A DNA stretch of 64,000 nt from a bacterium (GTDB taxonomy: Bacteria > Patescibacteriota > Minisyncoccia > Phycocordibacterales > CAIZLB01): contig JBAXAB010000001.1 in NCBI GenBank assembly GCA_037142735.1, positions 36,915 through 100,914 on the forward strand. Direction: 5' to 3'. The translations under genes were made by a program, and so were the position numbers. Position 1 is the first letter of the stretch; each line of letters opens with the position of its first letter. This document shows, piece after piece, positions 18,997 through 29,044 of this stretch. The notes beneath the pieces were generated by a model. It worked only from the letters and a program-made list of their open reading frames with translations, was not told the DNA's origin and made no database searches.

Positions 18997-20844
18997 ATGA
19001 AATCATCCGAAATTAGGAAGCGTTTTATAGACTTCTTCAAAGAGCAGGGGCACGCAGAAATCCCATCCGCCTCTCTTGTTCCTGAAAATGACCCGTCGGT
19101 TTTATTTAATACTGCTGGAATGCAGCCCCTTGTTCCATATTTATTAGGTGAAAAACACCCGCTTGGTGTTAGATTGGTAGATTTTCAAAAATGTGTAAGA
19201 ACAGTAGACATTGATGACATCGGGGACAACACTCATGCCACTTTTTTTGAAATGATGGGGAATTGGTCTTTGGGAGATTATTTTAAAAAGGAAGCAATTG
19301 AATGGAGTTACACGTTATTAACAGACAAAGAGAAAGGTTTTGGTCTTGATCCGCAGAGACTATATGTGACATGTTTTGAAGGCGATGAAAATGCCCCAAG
19401 AGACGAAGAGAGCGCAAGTATTTGGAAATCAATTTTTGAAAAAAACAAGGTAACTGGAAACAGAATCTATTTTTTAAATGCAAAAAGTAACTGGTGGAGC
19501 CCGGGAGAGAACGGCCCGTGCGGCCCTGATACAGAAATGTTTTATGACGTTACAGGCACATTAAACCAAGGATTAACACATGAAGAATATCTAAAGGCAG
19601 ATGAGAAACAACAAGTGGTAGAGATCTGGAACGATGTTTTCATGGAATATGAAAAGAGGGATGGAAAAGTGGTAGGGAAATTGGCTAATAAAAATGTAGA
19701 TACTGGTTCAGGATTTGAACGTGTCACTATGGTTCTTCAAGGTAAAGATAATATCTTTGACACAGATATTTTTAGCCCGATTATCCAAAAAATTGAAGAA
19801 TTTGTGGGAGAAGTAAGTTTGGAAGTAGGCGAGCTCAAAAAACTAAAGCGTATTATTGCTGATCACGTTCGAACATCAGTGATGTTAATTTCTGACGGTG
19901 TTTTGCCTTCAAATACGGATCAAGGATATATATTGAGGCGTCTTATCAGACGAGCGGTTCGATGTGCTGACAGATTGGGTCTAAAAGCAGGTTCATTGTT
20001 TTGGATTGCGGAGACAGTGGTTGATCAATACGAAGAGGTATATAGAAATGTAAAGCAACAACGCGAAACCATCAAGGTAGCAATCGATAAAGAAGAACAG
20101 AAATTTAGAAATACATTACATGATGGACTCAAACTGCTCGACAAAATCTTAAATAAGTCTTCTGATCAAACAATCACAGGTGAAACTCTTTTTAAGATGT
20201 ACACCACGTATGGTTTTCCGCTTGAAAATTCATTTGATGAAATTAATCATATGCGCATTTCAAAAGGTCTAGGAATCTTAGATTCCGTCACTCGTCAAAA
20301 ATTAGTAGAAGAATTTAATTCTTTTATTCATCAACACCAAGACGTGTCAAAAGCCGGCTCTGAACAAAAATTCAAAGGAGGCCTTGGTGGTCACGGAGAG
20401 GTGGAAACAAGGTATCACACTGCTACACACTTACTCCACCAGGCCCTGAGAGAAGTACTTGGTGATCATGTCTCTCAAAAAGGAAGCAACATCACGGCCG
20501 AAAGAATGCGTTTTGACTTTACTCATCCGACCAAAATGACTGAAGCTGAAAAATCTAAAGTTGAAAAAATCGTTAATGACAAAATCCAAGCAAGTCTTCC
20601 TGTGAACGTGGTTGAATTAGATCGTGAAGCAGCCGAAAAAACTGGGGCGCTTCACTTTTTTGGTGACAAATATGGAGACAAAGTGACGGTGTATTACATT
20701 GGTGACTCAATCGAGGCTGCATTTTCAAAAGAATTTTGTGGAGGACCGCATGTGAAAAATACAAAGGAATTAGGAACCTTCAAAATTGCAAAGGAAGAGG
20801 CAGTCGCGTCAGGTGTTCGTCGTATCAAAGCAGTCCTAGAATAA
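18997..20844 (+). CDS. alaS: Alanine--tRNA ligase, short form lacking the C-terminal C-Ala/DHHA1 domain.
   Basis: Class II catalytic core (FEMMGNWSLGDYFK), editing-domain HxxxH (HTATHLLHQALREVLGDHVSQKGS) and CGGPHV motif. Protein ends ~616 aa. Start taken at MKSSEIRK. Confidence 0.92.
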   Translation: MKSSEIRKRFIDFFKEQGHAEIPSASLVPENDPSVLFNTAGMQPLVPYLLGEKHPLGVRLVDFQKCVRTVDIDDIGDNTHATFFEMMGNWSLGDYFKKEAIEWSYTLLTDKEKGFGLDPQRLYVTCFEGDENAPRDEESASIWKSIFEKNKVTGNRIYFLNAKSNWWSPGENGPCGPDTEMFYDVTGTLNQGLTHEEYLKADEKQQVVEIWNDVFMEYEKRDGKVVGKLANKNVDTGSGFERVTMVLQGKDNIFDTDIFSPIIQKIEEFVGEVSLEVGELKKLKRIIADHVRTSVMLISDGVLPSNTDQGYILRRLIRRAVRCADRLGLKAGSLFWIAETVVDQYEEVYRNVKQQRETIKVAIDKEEQKFRNTLHDGLKLLDKILNKSSDQTITGETLFKMYTTYGFPLENSFDEINHMRISKGLGILDSVTRQKLVEEFNSFIHQHQDVSKAGSEQKFKGGLGGHGEVETRYHTATHLLHQALREVLGDHVSQKGSNITAERMRFDFTHPTKMTEAEKSKVEKIVNDKIQASLPVNVVELDREAAEKTGALHFFGDKYGDKVTVYYIGDSIEAAFSKEFCGGPHVKNTKELGTFKIAKEEAVASGVRRIKAVLE

Positions 20845-20888
20845 ATTTCAAATTTTATTCATGAATTAGTCATGATATAATATTCGGT

Positions 20889-21968
20889 ATGAGAATCCCT
20901 GCGAACCTCACATTTTTTATTGATGATTGTCACATCTCGGCAATTATTATTCCGCAGTCAAAAGAAAGGCAAAACATTGCGACAATTTTTACATCAGAAA
21001 AAAAGAGCCCTCGTGAATTGGGTGACAAAGAAGGCCTCACTATTTCCTTATTAAAAGAATTATGTAAAGACATTCGTGACTGGTCATCAAAGGCTGAATC
21101 AAGGGCCTATGACATATCAAGTACTCAGGTTATTTTGTCTCCTTCATGGTACGTCTCTCAAACCACACTTGTGTTAAAAGAGAGTTTAAAACCAATTATC
21201 TTTAGTGAGACTTCGATTCTAGAGGCTAATATGGAAAATATACCTAAAAACATAGAGGTATTTTCTTCATCCAAAGATCTTGTCCTTATTGAAAAGCAAG
21301 TCTCACACGTGTCTTTGAATGGATATCCAGTGGCTAGTTTAAATAGACAGAAGGCCACTATATGTAAAGCATCCGTCTACTATTGCTACATGAACAAACG
21401 CTTCCAAAATCTTATTTCAGAATGTCTAAAAACTTTACCAACCTCAATTAAAAAAGTCTCATTTCAATCTCTGGCCAAAATCACTACAGATAATGCTAAA
21501 AAGGCATTAAATGACAAGAACGACTTGTCTACTTTAAAAAATGGAAGCGTCGTTATAATTAATTTTTGTTCATACATAACAGAAATCGTTTATATCCATA
21601 GTGAAACTACTGTTAACATCCTTTCTCTTCCATTCGGATACAAAGAAACTATACACAAAATGAATAAAGAAACCGGATCTGATCATGCCGCCACAGAATC
21701 ATTACTTGATTTATTCTTAAGTGGAAAATTAAAACCAGAATCTAGAGAACTAGTAGTAGACCTATTGCAAAAAATGGGAACAGACTGGGCAGCTATGGTT
21801 ATGCAAGGTATTTCTCAATTACCAAAGAGTCCAAACGCTTTAACTAAAACTTTCGTGTACGCCCTGGATAAGAGACAAAATGAAGTTGCCAAGATATTTA
21901 CACGTTTACTTCCATTTAATCCAAACGAAAATATCACCGTGAGTGATTTTGTTGGAATTAGTGCTTAA
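20889..21968 (+). CDS. Hypothetical protein (359 aa), possibly a degenerate actin-like (FtsA/PilM-like) fold.
   Basis: No canonical motifs. Weak resemblance only, so best treated as hypothetical. Confidence 0.65.
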   Translation: MRIPANLTFFIDDCHISAIIIPQSKERQNIATIFTSEKKSPRELGDKEGLTISLLKELCKDIRDWSSKAESRAYDISSTQVILSPSWYVSQTTLVLKESLKPIIFSETSILEANMENIPKNIEVFSSSKDLVLIEKQVSHVSLNGYPVASLNRQKATICKASVYYCYMNKRFQNLISECLKTLPTSIKKVSFQSLAKITTDNAKKALNDKNDLSTLKNGSVVIINFCSYITEIVYIHSETTVNILSLPFGYKETIHKMNKETGSDHAATESLLDLFLSGKLKPESRELVVDLLQKMGTDWAAMVMQGISQLPKSPNALTKTFVYALDKRQNEVAKIFTRLLPFNPNENITVSDFVGISA

Positions 21969-22009
21969 TCCACAACTTGATACTGCTTCAATTGTGATAT
22001 AATGCTGAC

Positions 22010-23296
22010 ATGTCGGCAAAGTTCTCGGACATCATTCCTCCAAATAAGCGTACTATCCGTAATGTACCCCTCACCATTAGCGTCGCTGATGAGCCAAAGC
22101 ATGTTAAACATGCGACTACCCAAAAACACGCAAAGGAACTAATGAAGATTGTAGATAAGGAGGAAAAGTCTAATCGTTCTAAAACTATTTGGGTTGTGGC
22201 CTTTGTCTTTGTCTTAATTCTTGCCTTTATTATTATTTCAAAATTTTCAACAGGTACAGTATCGATAGTGGCAAGCAATAATCCAATACCTGTACAAATG
22301 AATATTCGACTTTCCCACAATGCGACTAGTACGAATTCAGCAGACTACGATGTCGTCACGATGTCGGTAAGTGATAATATACCTGAATCTGCTATCCAAA
22401 ATGCCACGGGGACAGCTGCCTTGGGTTCAAAAGCCAAAGGCACGGTTATTCTGTACAATAATTTTTCATCATCTGCCCAAATTCTTCAAAAAAATACTCG
22501 TTTAGAATCTCCGGACGGTAAAATATTTTTTATTACTGACAAAGTGACCATTCCAGGACAAACAACTAGCAAAGGAAGTACCATCGCTGGCACAGTATTA
22601 GCTAAAGTCGTAGCACAAAAAGAAGGGTCTTCTTACAACATTGGAACCAAAGATTTTACACTGCCTGCTTTGAAGGCAACTCCTCGTTACAAAACAGTCT
22701 ACGCCAAGACAAAAGATTCTATTGACGGTGGCACTAATACTAATTCAAGGCTGGTGATAGATCCCGGCACCTTACAAAATCTACAGGATTCGCTCTTGGT
22801 TAATGCCAAAAAACAAATTGACGCTCAAAAATCTGATGATTACCTCATAGTTCCTGGTGGAACACAAAGTACACTGCATATCAACGGAACAAGTACTGCT
22901 ACTTTGGATGTTTCAACCCTGTTGATTAAAAAGTCAGATTTGGCAGTTCAGATCCAGACTCACAATAATCTAGACATAAATTTATCGCCTGATAACATCA
23001 AGAATCTTCTTGTTGGTACTGCTGACCTGAACCTCTCATTACCTGATGGGGTCAAATTAAACAACATGGGCGCTGATCCTGTTTCTATCGGACTAAATGG
23101 AACCACAACCATTTCAAGTGATCTATCGAGCGACGTAATTACAAAAGAACTGTCTGGTCTGAACTATGATATAGCCGAGAAAGATCTAAAAAATAAAATT
23201 GGAGTGGAGGCAGTCAATCTGGAAATTTGGCCTTGGTGGGTTAAAAACTTTCCTACAAATCCGAATCGAATAACTGTAAAAATTGAAAATAACTAG
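22010..23296 (+). CDS. Hypothetical membrane-anchored protein (428 aa, single TM, Ser/Thr/Asn-rich ectodomain).
   Basis: TM helix WVVAFVFVLILAFIIISKF. No recognisable domain. Confidence 0.7.
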   Translation: MSAKFSDIIPPNKRTIRNVPLTISVADEPKHVKHATTQKHAKELMKIVDKEEKSNRSKTIWVVAFVFVLILAFIIISKFSTGTVSIVASNNPIPVQMNIRLSHNATSTNSADYDVVTMSVSDNIPESAIQNATGTAALGSKAKGTVILYNNFSSSAQILQKNTRLESPDGKIFFITDKVTIPGQTTSKGSTIAGTVLAKVVAQKEGSSYNIGTKDFTLPALKATPRYKTVYAKTKDSIDGGTNTNSRLVIDPGTLQNLQDSLLVNAKKQIDAQKSDDYLIVPGGTQSTLHINGTSTATLDVSTLLIKKSDLAVQIQTHNNLDINLSPDNIKNLLVGTADLNLSLPDGVKLNNMGADPVSIGLNGTTTISSDLSSDVITKELSGLNYDIAEKDLKNKIGVEAVNLEIWPWWVKNFPTNPNRITVKIENN

Positions 23297-23323
23297 CGTT
23301 GTGGTATCATAGAAATCCGTCCA

Positions 23324-23545
23324 ATGACAGAAAATAAAAATATTAAACAATACGTAGAAGGGGTAGTAATCGAAGCTCTTCCTAATACGCAATTCAAGCT
23401 TCAGATTAATGGCACAAATGAGGAAATAAGGGCTTATATGAGCGGTAAAATGAAACAGAACCGTATCAAAGTTTTTGTGGGAGATAGGGTCTCGGTTCTT
23501 TTGGATCAGTACGGAAGTACCCATAGAATCGAACGAAGAGTCTAG
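23324..23545 (+). CDS. infA: Translation initiation factor IF-1.
   Basis: S1-like fold, VEGVVIEALPNTQFKLQ..YMSGKMKQNRIKVFVGDRV. Confidence 0.93.
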   Translation: MTENKNIKQYVEGVVIEALPNTQFKLQINGTNEEIRAYMSGKMKQNRIKVFVGDRVSVLLDQYGSTHRIERRV

Positions 23546-23678
23546 CAATTTACTACAGATTCCCAGTTCCCCTGATCAATTAACAATTATTCACCAAAAA
23601 AGGCTTTACTTCTTATTTTAAATATAGTAGTATATTCCTCACTGTTTAAAACAATGGTTTTTAAAATGGTTTAAAAAA

Positions 23679-23795
23679 ATGCGAGTCAAATCATCCGTAA
23701 AGAAAAAATGTGCTAAATGTAAGGTAGTCCGCAGAAAGGGCTATGTGTATGTTATTTGTAAAGCAAATATCCGACACAAACAGCGCCAAGGTTAG
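23679..23795 (+). CDS. rpmJ: 50S ribosomal protein L36.
   Basis: [38 protein letters not shown], a C4 zinc ribbon of 38 aa. Absent from the ORF track because it is under 60 aa. Confidence 0.9.
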   Translation: MRVKSSVKKKCAKCKVVRRKGYVYVICKANIRHKQRQG

Positions 23796-23829
23796 ACTTT
23801 ATTAAAATTAAAAATTAACGATCAATTTC

Positions 23830-24207
23830 ATGCGAGTTCTAGGTATTACAATTCCAGATGACAAACGAATAGAAATGGGCCTTACCGCCCTTTACGGTAT
23901 CGGACGATCTCGTGCTCACAAGATCTTGACACAGGCTGGCGTTGATTTCGCAAAACGACCAAAAGATCTTTCAGCAGATGAGGAATCTAAAATTAAGACA
24001 CTTATCGAGGACTTAACCCTAGAAGCTGACCTTAAACGAGAGGTAGGTTCAAATATCAAGCGATTAAAGGATATCAAGAGCTACCGTGGTTCTCGACACG
24101 CACGACGCCTTCCTGCAAGAGGTCAGCGAACCAAGACTAATGCCCGAACGTTAAAGGGTGTTAAGAAGACCATGGGTTCAGGCCGAAAGAAGGAGACAAA
24201 GAAATAA
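23830..24207 (+). CDS. rpsM: 30S ribosomal protein S13.
   Basis: MRVLGITIPDDKRIEMGLTALYGIGRSRA..YRGSRHARRLPARGQRTKTNAR. Confidence 0.95.
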   Translation: MRVLGITIPDDKRIEMGLTALYGIGRSRAHKILTQAGVDFAKRPKDLSADEESKIKTLIEDLTLEADLKREVGSNIKRLKDIKSYRGSRHARRLPARGQRTKTNARTLKGVKKTMGSGRKKETKK

Positions 24208-24234
24208 TAATTAATAATAAATAAAGAAAGACCA

Positions 24235-24657
24235 ATGGGTAAGACAAGAATTGTAAAAAAAGAAGATAGCGCCGAAGCAAGAAAGGCGGCAAACGCAGCA
24301 AGCAAAAAGCGAGTTGACGTGGGCATTTTGAATATTCAATCAACATTCAACAATACAAAGATTGTCCTAGCTGACCCCAAAGGTAACACTTTGACATGGT
24401 CATCGAGCGGAAGCCTAGGCTTCAAGGGTGCCAAGAAAGGTACTCCTTTTGCGGCTGCAAAGATCGCAGAAGTCCTCGCTGACAAAGCGATTGCCATGGG
24501 CATGAAGGAAGTGTCGGTTGTGGTTAAAGGTGTCGGATCTGGACGAGAGTCTGCGATCCGAACTTTTATTTCTAAGGGAATTACTATTTCGGCTATCAAG
24601 GATGCAACACCTGTACCACATAATGGTTGCAAGCCTAAAAAGCCAAGACGAGTTTAA
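24235..24657 (+). CDS. rpsK: 30S ribosomal protein S11.
   Basis: ILNIQSTFNNTKIVLADPKGNTLTWSSSGSLGFKGAKKGTPFAA. Confidence 0.95.
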   Translation: MGKTRIVKKEDSAEARKAANAASKKRVDVGILNIQSTFNNTKIVLADPKGNTLTWSSSGSLGFKGAKKGTPFAAAKIAEVLADKAIAMGMKEVSVVVKGVGSGRESAIRTFISKGITISAIKDATPVPHNGCKPKKPRRV

Positions 24658-24669
24658 TTATATAAATAT

Positions 24670-25290
24670 ATGAAAATAGGTCCAAAATATAAAATTGCAC
24701 GACGTCTAGGAGCTCCAATCTTTGAGAAAACACAAACTCAAAAGTTTAAGATGCGTTCCGAGAGTGGTGAAAAAGGTGCTAAAGGAAAGGGTGGAGGACG
24801 AGGCGCTAAAAGCGACTTCGGAAAGCAATTGATTGAAAAGCAAAAAGCTAGATTTACTTATGGTATTTCAGAAAAACAATTTTCAAATTACGTTAAAAAA
24901 ATAATCGAAAAAAAGAGCCATACTCCTGCAAATGACATTTATGCAGCTCTTGAAACAAGACTCGACAACGTAGTCTTCCGCGCAGGTCTTGTCTCAACAA
25001 GACGCCTTGCACGACAAGTTGTCTCTCACGGTCACATTTTATTGAATGGTAGAAAGAATGGTATTCCATCTGCAGTTGTAAAACCAGGTGATAGTATTTC
25101 TATCCGAGAAGGTAGTCTTAAAACTGCTCTTTTCGTTACCCTTGATGACAAAATTAAAAACGCAACTACTCCAATATGGCTTGCATGGAAAGCAGACGAA
25201 AAGAAAGCATCGGTTCTTCGAGCTCCTTCAATAGAAGGTCAGGAACTCATGTTCGATTTAGGTGCGGTTATAGAATTCTATAAGAGATAA
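24670..25290 (+). CDS. rpsD: 30S ribosomal protein S4.
   Basis: S4 RNA-binding domain RLDNVVFRAGLVSTRRLARQVVSHGHILLNGR. Confidence 0.95.
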   Translation: MKIGPKYKIARRLGAPIFEKTQTQKFKMRSESGEKGAKGKGGGRGAKSDFGKQLIEKQKARFTYGISEKQFSNYVKKIIEKKSHTPANDIYAALETRLDNVVFRAGLVSTRRLARQVVSHGHILLNGRKNGIPSAVVKPGDSISIREGSLKTALFVTLDDKIKNATTPIWLAWKADEKKASVLRAPSIEGQELMFDLGAVIEFYKR

Positions 25291-25316
25291 TATTTAAATT
25301 AAATAATAACAAAGCC

Positions 25317-26300
25317 ATGTCAAACAACAATATTCTATTACCATCTAAACCAAGAGTCGTTGAAGAATCAGCGAATATCGGACGATACGAAATCGACGGT
25401 CTTTATCCTGGTTACGGGCACACATTGGGTAACTCTCTCCGAAGAATCATCCTTTCATCACTTACAGGAGCGGCTATAACAAGTGTGAAAATTAAAAGCG
25501 TTAGTCACGAATTTTCAAGCATTAAAGGCGTAAAGGAAGACGTTATTAACATCATTCTTAATCTTAAAAAATTCCGTTTCTCTATCTCATCTGATGAGGT
25601 TCAAACGGTGACTGTCAAAGTAAAGGGTGCTAAAAAAGTAACAGGTGATGACCTTAAATTGCCCGGACAAGTTACATTAGCAAATCCTGACATGCCCATC
25701 TGTACAATCACAGATAAGGACACTGAATTTGATGCTGAATTTACTATCGAAAAGGGAATTGGTTACGTACCAAAGGAACTTTTGAAAAAAGATCGTGTAG
25801 AAATCGGTACAATTCACCTTGACGCTGCTTTTTCACCAGTTGTACAGGCAAACTACGATGTAGAACAAATGCGAGTAGGTGATCGAACAGACTTCAACAA
25901 ATTGAAATTGTTTATCCAGACTGATGGAACTATTTCTCCAAAGGAAGCTCTAGAAAAATCTATCGAGATCATGATCACACAATTAAAGGCCATTGTTGGC
26001 TTCAAAGAAGACGATCTAGAAGACTTCAAAAAAGCAAAGACAGAATCTGTTTCTGAAGAAAGTGAAAAGCACGAAGCAGAGGACAACGAAGCTATGTCTG
26101 AAGTATTAAAGACTCGCATCGAATCTTTGGAATTGTCGAACCGTACAATGAACTCGTTGGTATCGGCAAATATCCGAAGTGTTGGAGGCTTGATCAGAAA
26201 GAAAGAGAAAGATATCCTTGAATTCGAAGGAATCGGAGCAAAAGGCCTTGATGAAATTAAGGACGTTTTGAAGGGTATGGGACTTTCACTTAAAGCATAA
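25317..26300 (+). CDS. rpoA: DNA-directed RNA polymerase alpha subunit.
   Basis: N-terminal dimerisation domain (GYGHTLGNSLRRILLSS) and a C-terminal alphaCTD-like region. Confidence 0.95.
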   Translation: MSNNNILLPSKPRVVEESANIGRYEIDGLYPGYGHTLGNSLRRIILSSLTGAAITSVKIKSVSHEFSSIKGVKEDVINIILNLKKFRFSISSDEVQTVTVKVKGAKKVTGDDLKLPGQVTLANPDMPICTITDKDTEFDAEFTIEKGIGYVPKELLKKDRVEIGTIHLDAAFSPVVQANYDVEQMRVGDRTDFNKLKLFIQTDGTISPKEALEKSIEIMITQLKAIVGFKEDDLEDFKKAKTESVSEESEKHEAEDNEAMSEVLKTRIESLELSNRTMNSLVSANIRSVGGLIRKKEKDILEFEGIGAKGLDEIKDVLKGMGLSLKA

Positions 26301-26333
26301 TTAGCAACTTATTATTACTATTACAAAACTGCC

Positions 26334-26684
26334 ATGAGACATCACAACGCAAACCGAAAACTAAAACGAGAACGAAATCAGCGACGAGCATTGTTGCGCT
26401 CTCTTGCGCGTGAACTTTTCCTTCGTGGAAAAATCACAACAACTGAGGCCAAAGCCAAAGAAGTTCGTCCATTTGCAGAAAAACTAATCACCAATGCTAA
26501 AGGTGCTACTTTAGCTGCACGCCGATTGGTTGCTGGAAGAATGTCAAATAATATCATTGTCGGCAAGTTAGTTGATGTTATTGCTAAGAAATATGAAGAC
26601 AGAAAGGGTGGATATATCCGAATTATCAAAATGAATCGACGTCCTTCAGACGGTAGCAAAATGGCCGTTGTTGAGCTAGTATAA
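26334..26684 (+). CDS. rplQ: 50S ribosomal protein L17.
   Basis: MRHHNANRKLKRERNQRRALLRSLAREL. Confidence 0.95.
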   Translation: MRHHNANRKLKRERNQRRALLRSLARELFLRGKITTTEAKAKEVRPFAEKLITNAKGATLAARRLVAGRMSNNIIVGKLVDVIAKKYEDRKGGYIRIIKMNRRPSDGSKMAVVELV

Positions 26685-26698
26685 TTCACATCAAATTT

Positions 26699-27043
26699 AT
26701 GAAACACGTAATTGACGCAAAAAACAAAAAGATCGGCCGAGTATGCTCACAGGTAGCTATGATTCTTATGGGTAAAAACGCTCCTACATACGAAAGAAAC
26801 AAAATCCCCGTTGTTGAAGTAGAAATCATCAACACTTCAAAAGCTGATATTTCTAATACAAAGAAGGATGAAAAGACGTATCGAACATACTCTGGATATC
26901 CAGGTGGACAGAAGAATGAAAAACTTGCTGATCTTGCAACACGAAAAGGTCATTCGGAACTTTTCAAGAGAGCAGTTTACGGAATGCTTCCTTCAAACAA
27001 ATTACGCTCAAAAATGATGCTTAATTTAAAAATTAGCGAGTAA
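26699..27043 (+). CDS. rplM: 50S ribosomal protein L13.
   Basis: IDAKNKKIGRVCSQVAMILMGK..TYRTYSGYPGG. Confidence 0.93.
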   Translation: MKHVIDAKNKKIGRVCSQVAMILMGKNAPTYERNKIPVVEVEIINTSKADISNTKKDEKTYRTYSGYPGGQKNEKLADLATRKGHSELFKRAVYGMLPSNKLRSKMMLNLKISE

Positions 27044-27067
27044 TACTTATTATAAATTATCAAAACT

Positions 27068-27490
27068 ATGTCAGCAGAAAAAAACAAAGGTACGGAAAAA
27101 TATATAGAAGCAGTGGGCCGAAGAAAGACAGCGATCGCTCGTGTTCGCATGACTCCGGCTACTAAAAACTCAATTACAGTAAACGATAAAGCGTTAAATG
27201 AATTTTTTACTGTTTCAAATCTACAGAAGGTTGCTCTTGAGGCACTTGAAAAATACACGTCCGTTACTGAAGAAAAATTTTCAGTTATTGCAAAGACAAT
27301 TGGCGGAGGTATGGCAGGTCAGGCTGAAGCTGTCCGACACGGAATTGCTCGCGCCATCATCAAACATGCCCCACATCACCGTACAACCATGAAGAAAGAA
27401 GGTTTCTTAACTCGAGACCAGCGAGCCAAGGAACGAAGAAAGTTCGGTTTGAAGAAGGCGAGAAAGGCTCCACAGTGGTCAAAGCGATAA
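27068..27490 (+). CDS. rpsI: 30S ribosomal protein S9.
   Basis: AVGRRKTAIARVRM..GGGMAGQAEAVRHGIARAI..RDQRAKERRKFGLKKARKAPQWSKR. Confidence 0.95.
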   Translation: MSAEKNKGTEKYIEAVGRRKTAIARVRMTPATKNSITVNDKALNEFFTVSNLQKVALEALEKYTSVTEEKFSVIAKTIGGGMAGQAEAVRHGIARAIIKHAPHHRTTMKKEGFLTRDQRAKERRKFGLKKARKAPQWSKR

Positions 27491-27514
27491 AACTTCAAAA
27501 GATTCAAACGTCAA

Positions 27515-27556
27515 AAACGCCTCACACCCATATTTCAGGGGGAGGCGTTTTGCGTT
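27515..27556 (+). terminator. Intrinsic terminator after rpsI.
   Basis: AAACGCCUC..GAGGCGUUUUGCGUU hairpin with a U-run. Confidence 0.6.
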
Positions 27557-27577
27557 GGGTGAGCATACGAAGCGGGA

Positions 27578-27859
27578 TTACATCCCTTCCTCGTCGCTTA
27601 TAGATTTTTTCTGTGCAGGAGCAAATCCCATTACTTCGTTGTGTTCTCTGGCGGACCGTGCCTCCATCCAGTTCAAAATATGCTTTGGCAGGATGATGAC
27701 AGCGGCAAGATACGGGAAACCAAAATACACAATAGCGCTGAGAATTTTGCCAAAGTTCCAGTCCTCGAAGTACCCCATAAACAGGAGCCCGACACCAAGG
27801 ACTATTACCAAGCCTGTGCACATAAAAAAATTGACCCACTTGCTTATTTTTGCGCTCAT
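27578..27859 (-). CDS. Small membrane protein (93 aa, 2 TM), hypothetical.
   Basis: Two hydrophobic helices, SD-like AGAGGGAGG 6 nt upstream. Best of several overlapping ORFs here. Confidence 0.5.
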   Translation of the reverse strand: MSAKISKWVNFFMCTGLVIVLGVGLLFMGYFEDWNFGKILSAIVYFGFPYLAAVIILPKHILNWMEARSAREHNEVMGFAPAQKKSISDEEGM

Positions 27860-27998
27860 CTGATGAAATTCCTCCCTCTTTTTTTTGTTGTTGTACGTGA
27901 CTCGTGTCCACGAGTGTTAGCCCCATAAATAAAGTAACATGGTATGAAAAAAATTCCAAACTTTTGTTAAAAAATGAGAATACTATATACTTTACTCA

Positions 27999-28271
27999 AT
28001 GGATTATTTAACAAAAATTTTAAGACGCATCTCTATTAAAAGCGTCCTAGTTCACATCATCGCACTATCTGCGTCAATCGGAGTGATCTGGGGAATTAGT
28101 TATTTGATTCTGGTCACCTTTTCCATTCAGGACAGTGCCGTTGTGGTAGTTCCGGCTAGTGAAGTTATACCCAAAATCGCATCTAACACCGCTTCATCTA
28201 CTTTAAAAAATAGTAAAAAGGGGACAGGGCATGCAACATCAACTAGTAGTAGTACGAAAAGTAAGAAGTAG
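27999..28271 (+). CDS. Small membrane protein (90 aa), hypothetical.
   Basis: TM helix LVHIIALSASIGVIWGISYLILVTF and a Ser/Thr/Lys-rich tail. Confidence 0.45.
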   Translation: MDYLTKILRRISIKSVLVHIIALSASIGVIWGISYLILVTFSIQDSAVVVVPASEVIPKIASNTASSTLKNSKKGTGHATSTSSSTKSKK

Positions 28272-28280
28272 ATTCCAAAG

Positions 28281-28304
28281 AAGACTCTACCCTCCGCGTT
28301 TAAT
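28281..28304 (-). terminator. Weak intrinsic terminator for the island 3 genes.
   Basis: CCCUCCCC..GGAGGG hairpin followed by UAGAGUCUUCUUUGG on the minus strand. Confidence 0.4.
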
Positions 28305-28317
28305 CGGGGAGGGTAGG

Positions 28318-28545
28318 TTAGTTGTCTCGTCCGTCTTCTTCTGCTGGCTCAAGGTAGCCTTCTCGGTCTCTTTTTTCCTTGAGTAAAAACTGAATCTCCC
28401 TCTCTCGCTCTGCCTCGATTTCAGCTTCTCGCTCTGCTCTTTTTACCTCATCTTCGGCAAGCCATTTTGCTGTGAGAGCATCATCAGCTTCTCCGCCAGA
28501 GGCGAGCCATTTTCTGTCTGGGATATCGCTATGACTTTCTTTCAT
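28318..28545 (-). CDS. Small acidic protein (75 aa) in GC-rich island 3. Hypothetical.
   Basis: Strong SD AAGGAGGTG 9 nt upstream of the ATG at 28545. The GTG at 28602 lacks an RBS. Glu/Arg-rich, coiled-coil-like. Confidence 0.55.
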   Translation of the reverse strand: MKESHSDIPDRKWLASGGEADDALTAKWLAEDEVKRAEREAEIEAEREREIQFLLKEKRDREGYLEPAEEDGRDN

Positions 28546-28696
28546 TTGTGTATTCACCTCCTTACGGTGTGTGGAGTTTATTAAAATGGGAACTGTTCCC
28601 ACCTAAAATATAGCATAGTTAATATAAAAAAACTCTACCCCCAGCACCTTTGCAGATGATGGGGGTATGTGAGGTTTGAGAATGGGGGAGGCAATC

Positions 28697-29044
28697 TTAC
28701 CCCATTAAGAATCTCGGGGTATCCCGTTGAGTAGAGTCACCCGGGAGACGCGAAATCTCGCAAGCGGTAATGCGGGGATCATCGATCAATATCCTTCCGT
28801 CAATCTCGACAGCGCTGAACGTGTGTTGAATCCTCCCGTTAACCGTCTGGTGAACTGGGCCCAGAACGGTGGTCCGTTTAGGGGGAACAGGACTCGCTTG
28901 AACCATATCGCCCTCTTGGCGGACAGCGTATGGTTCATCATCGCGATCATTGGCGGACAGCCGCTTACGATCAACAGAAGTCGCACTTGGCATATCGAGT
29001 CCGTGTTGATGGCTTAGCTTTTTCCTACTGTGTTTTCCTCTCAT
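28697..29044 (-). CDS. Hypothetical protein (up to 115 aa) in GC-rich island 3. Possible swapped-hairpin (AbrB/MazE-like) fold, very tentative.
   Basis: ATG immediately after the A/C-rich leader ..ccaccactaactccaaccactgaagaaacaactaccgacc. Internal alternative start with AGAGGG SD at MVQASP. Confidence 0.45.
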   Translation of the reverse strand: MRGKHSRKKLSHQHGLDMPSATSVDRKRLSANDRDDEPYAVRQEGDMVQASPVPPKRTTVLGPVHQTVNGRIQHTFSAVEIDGRILIDDPRITACEISRLPGDSTQRDTPRFLMG

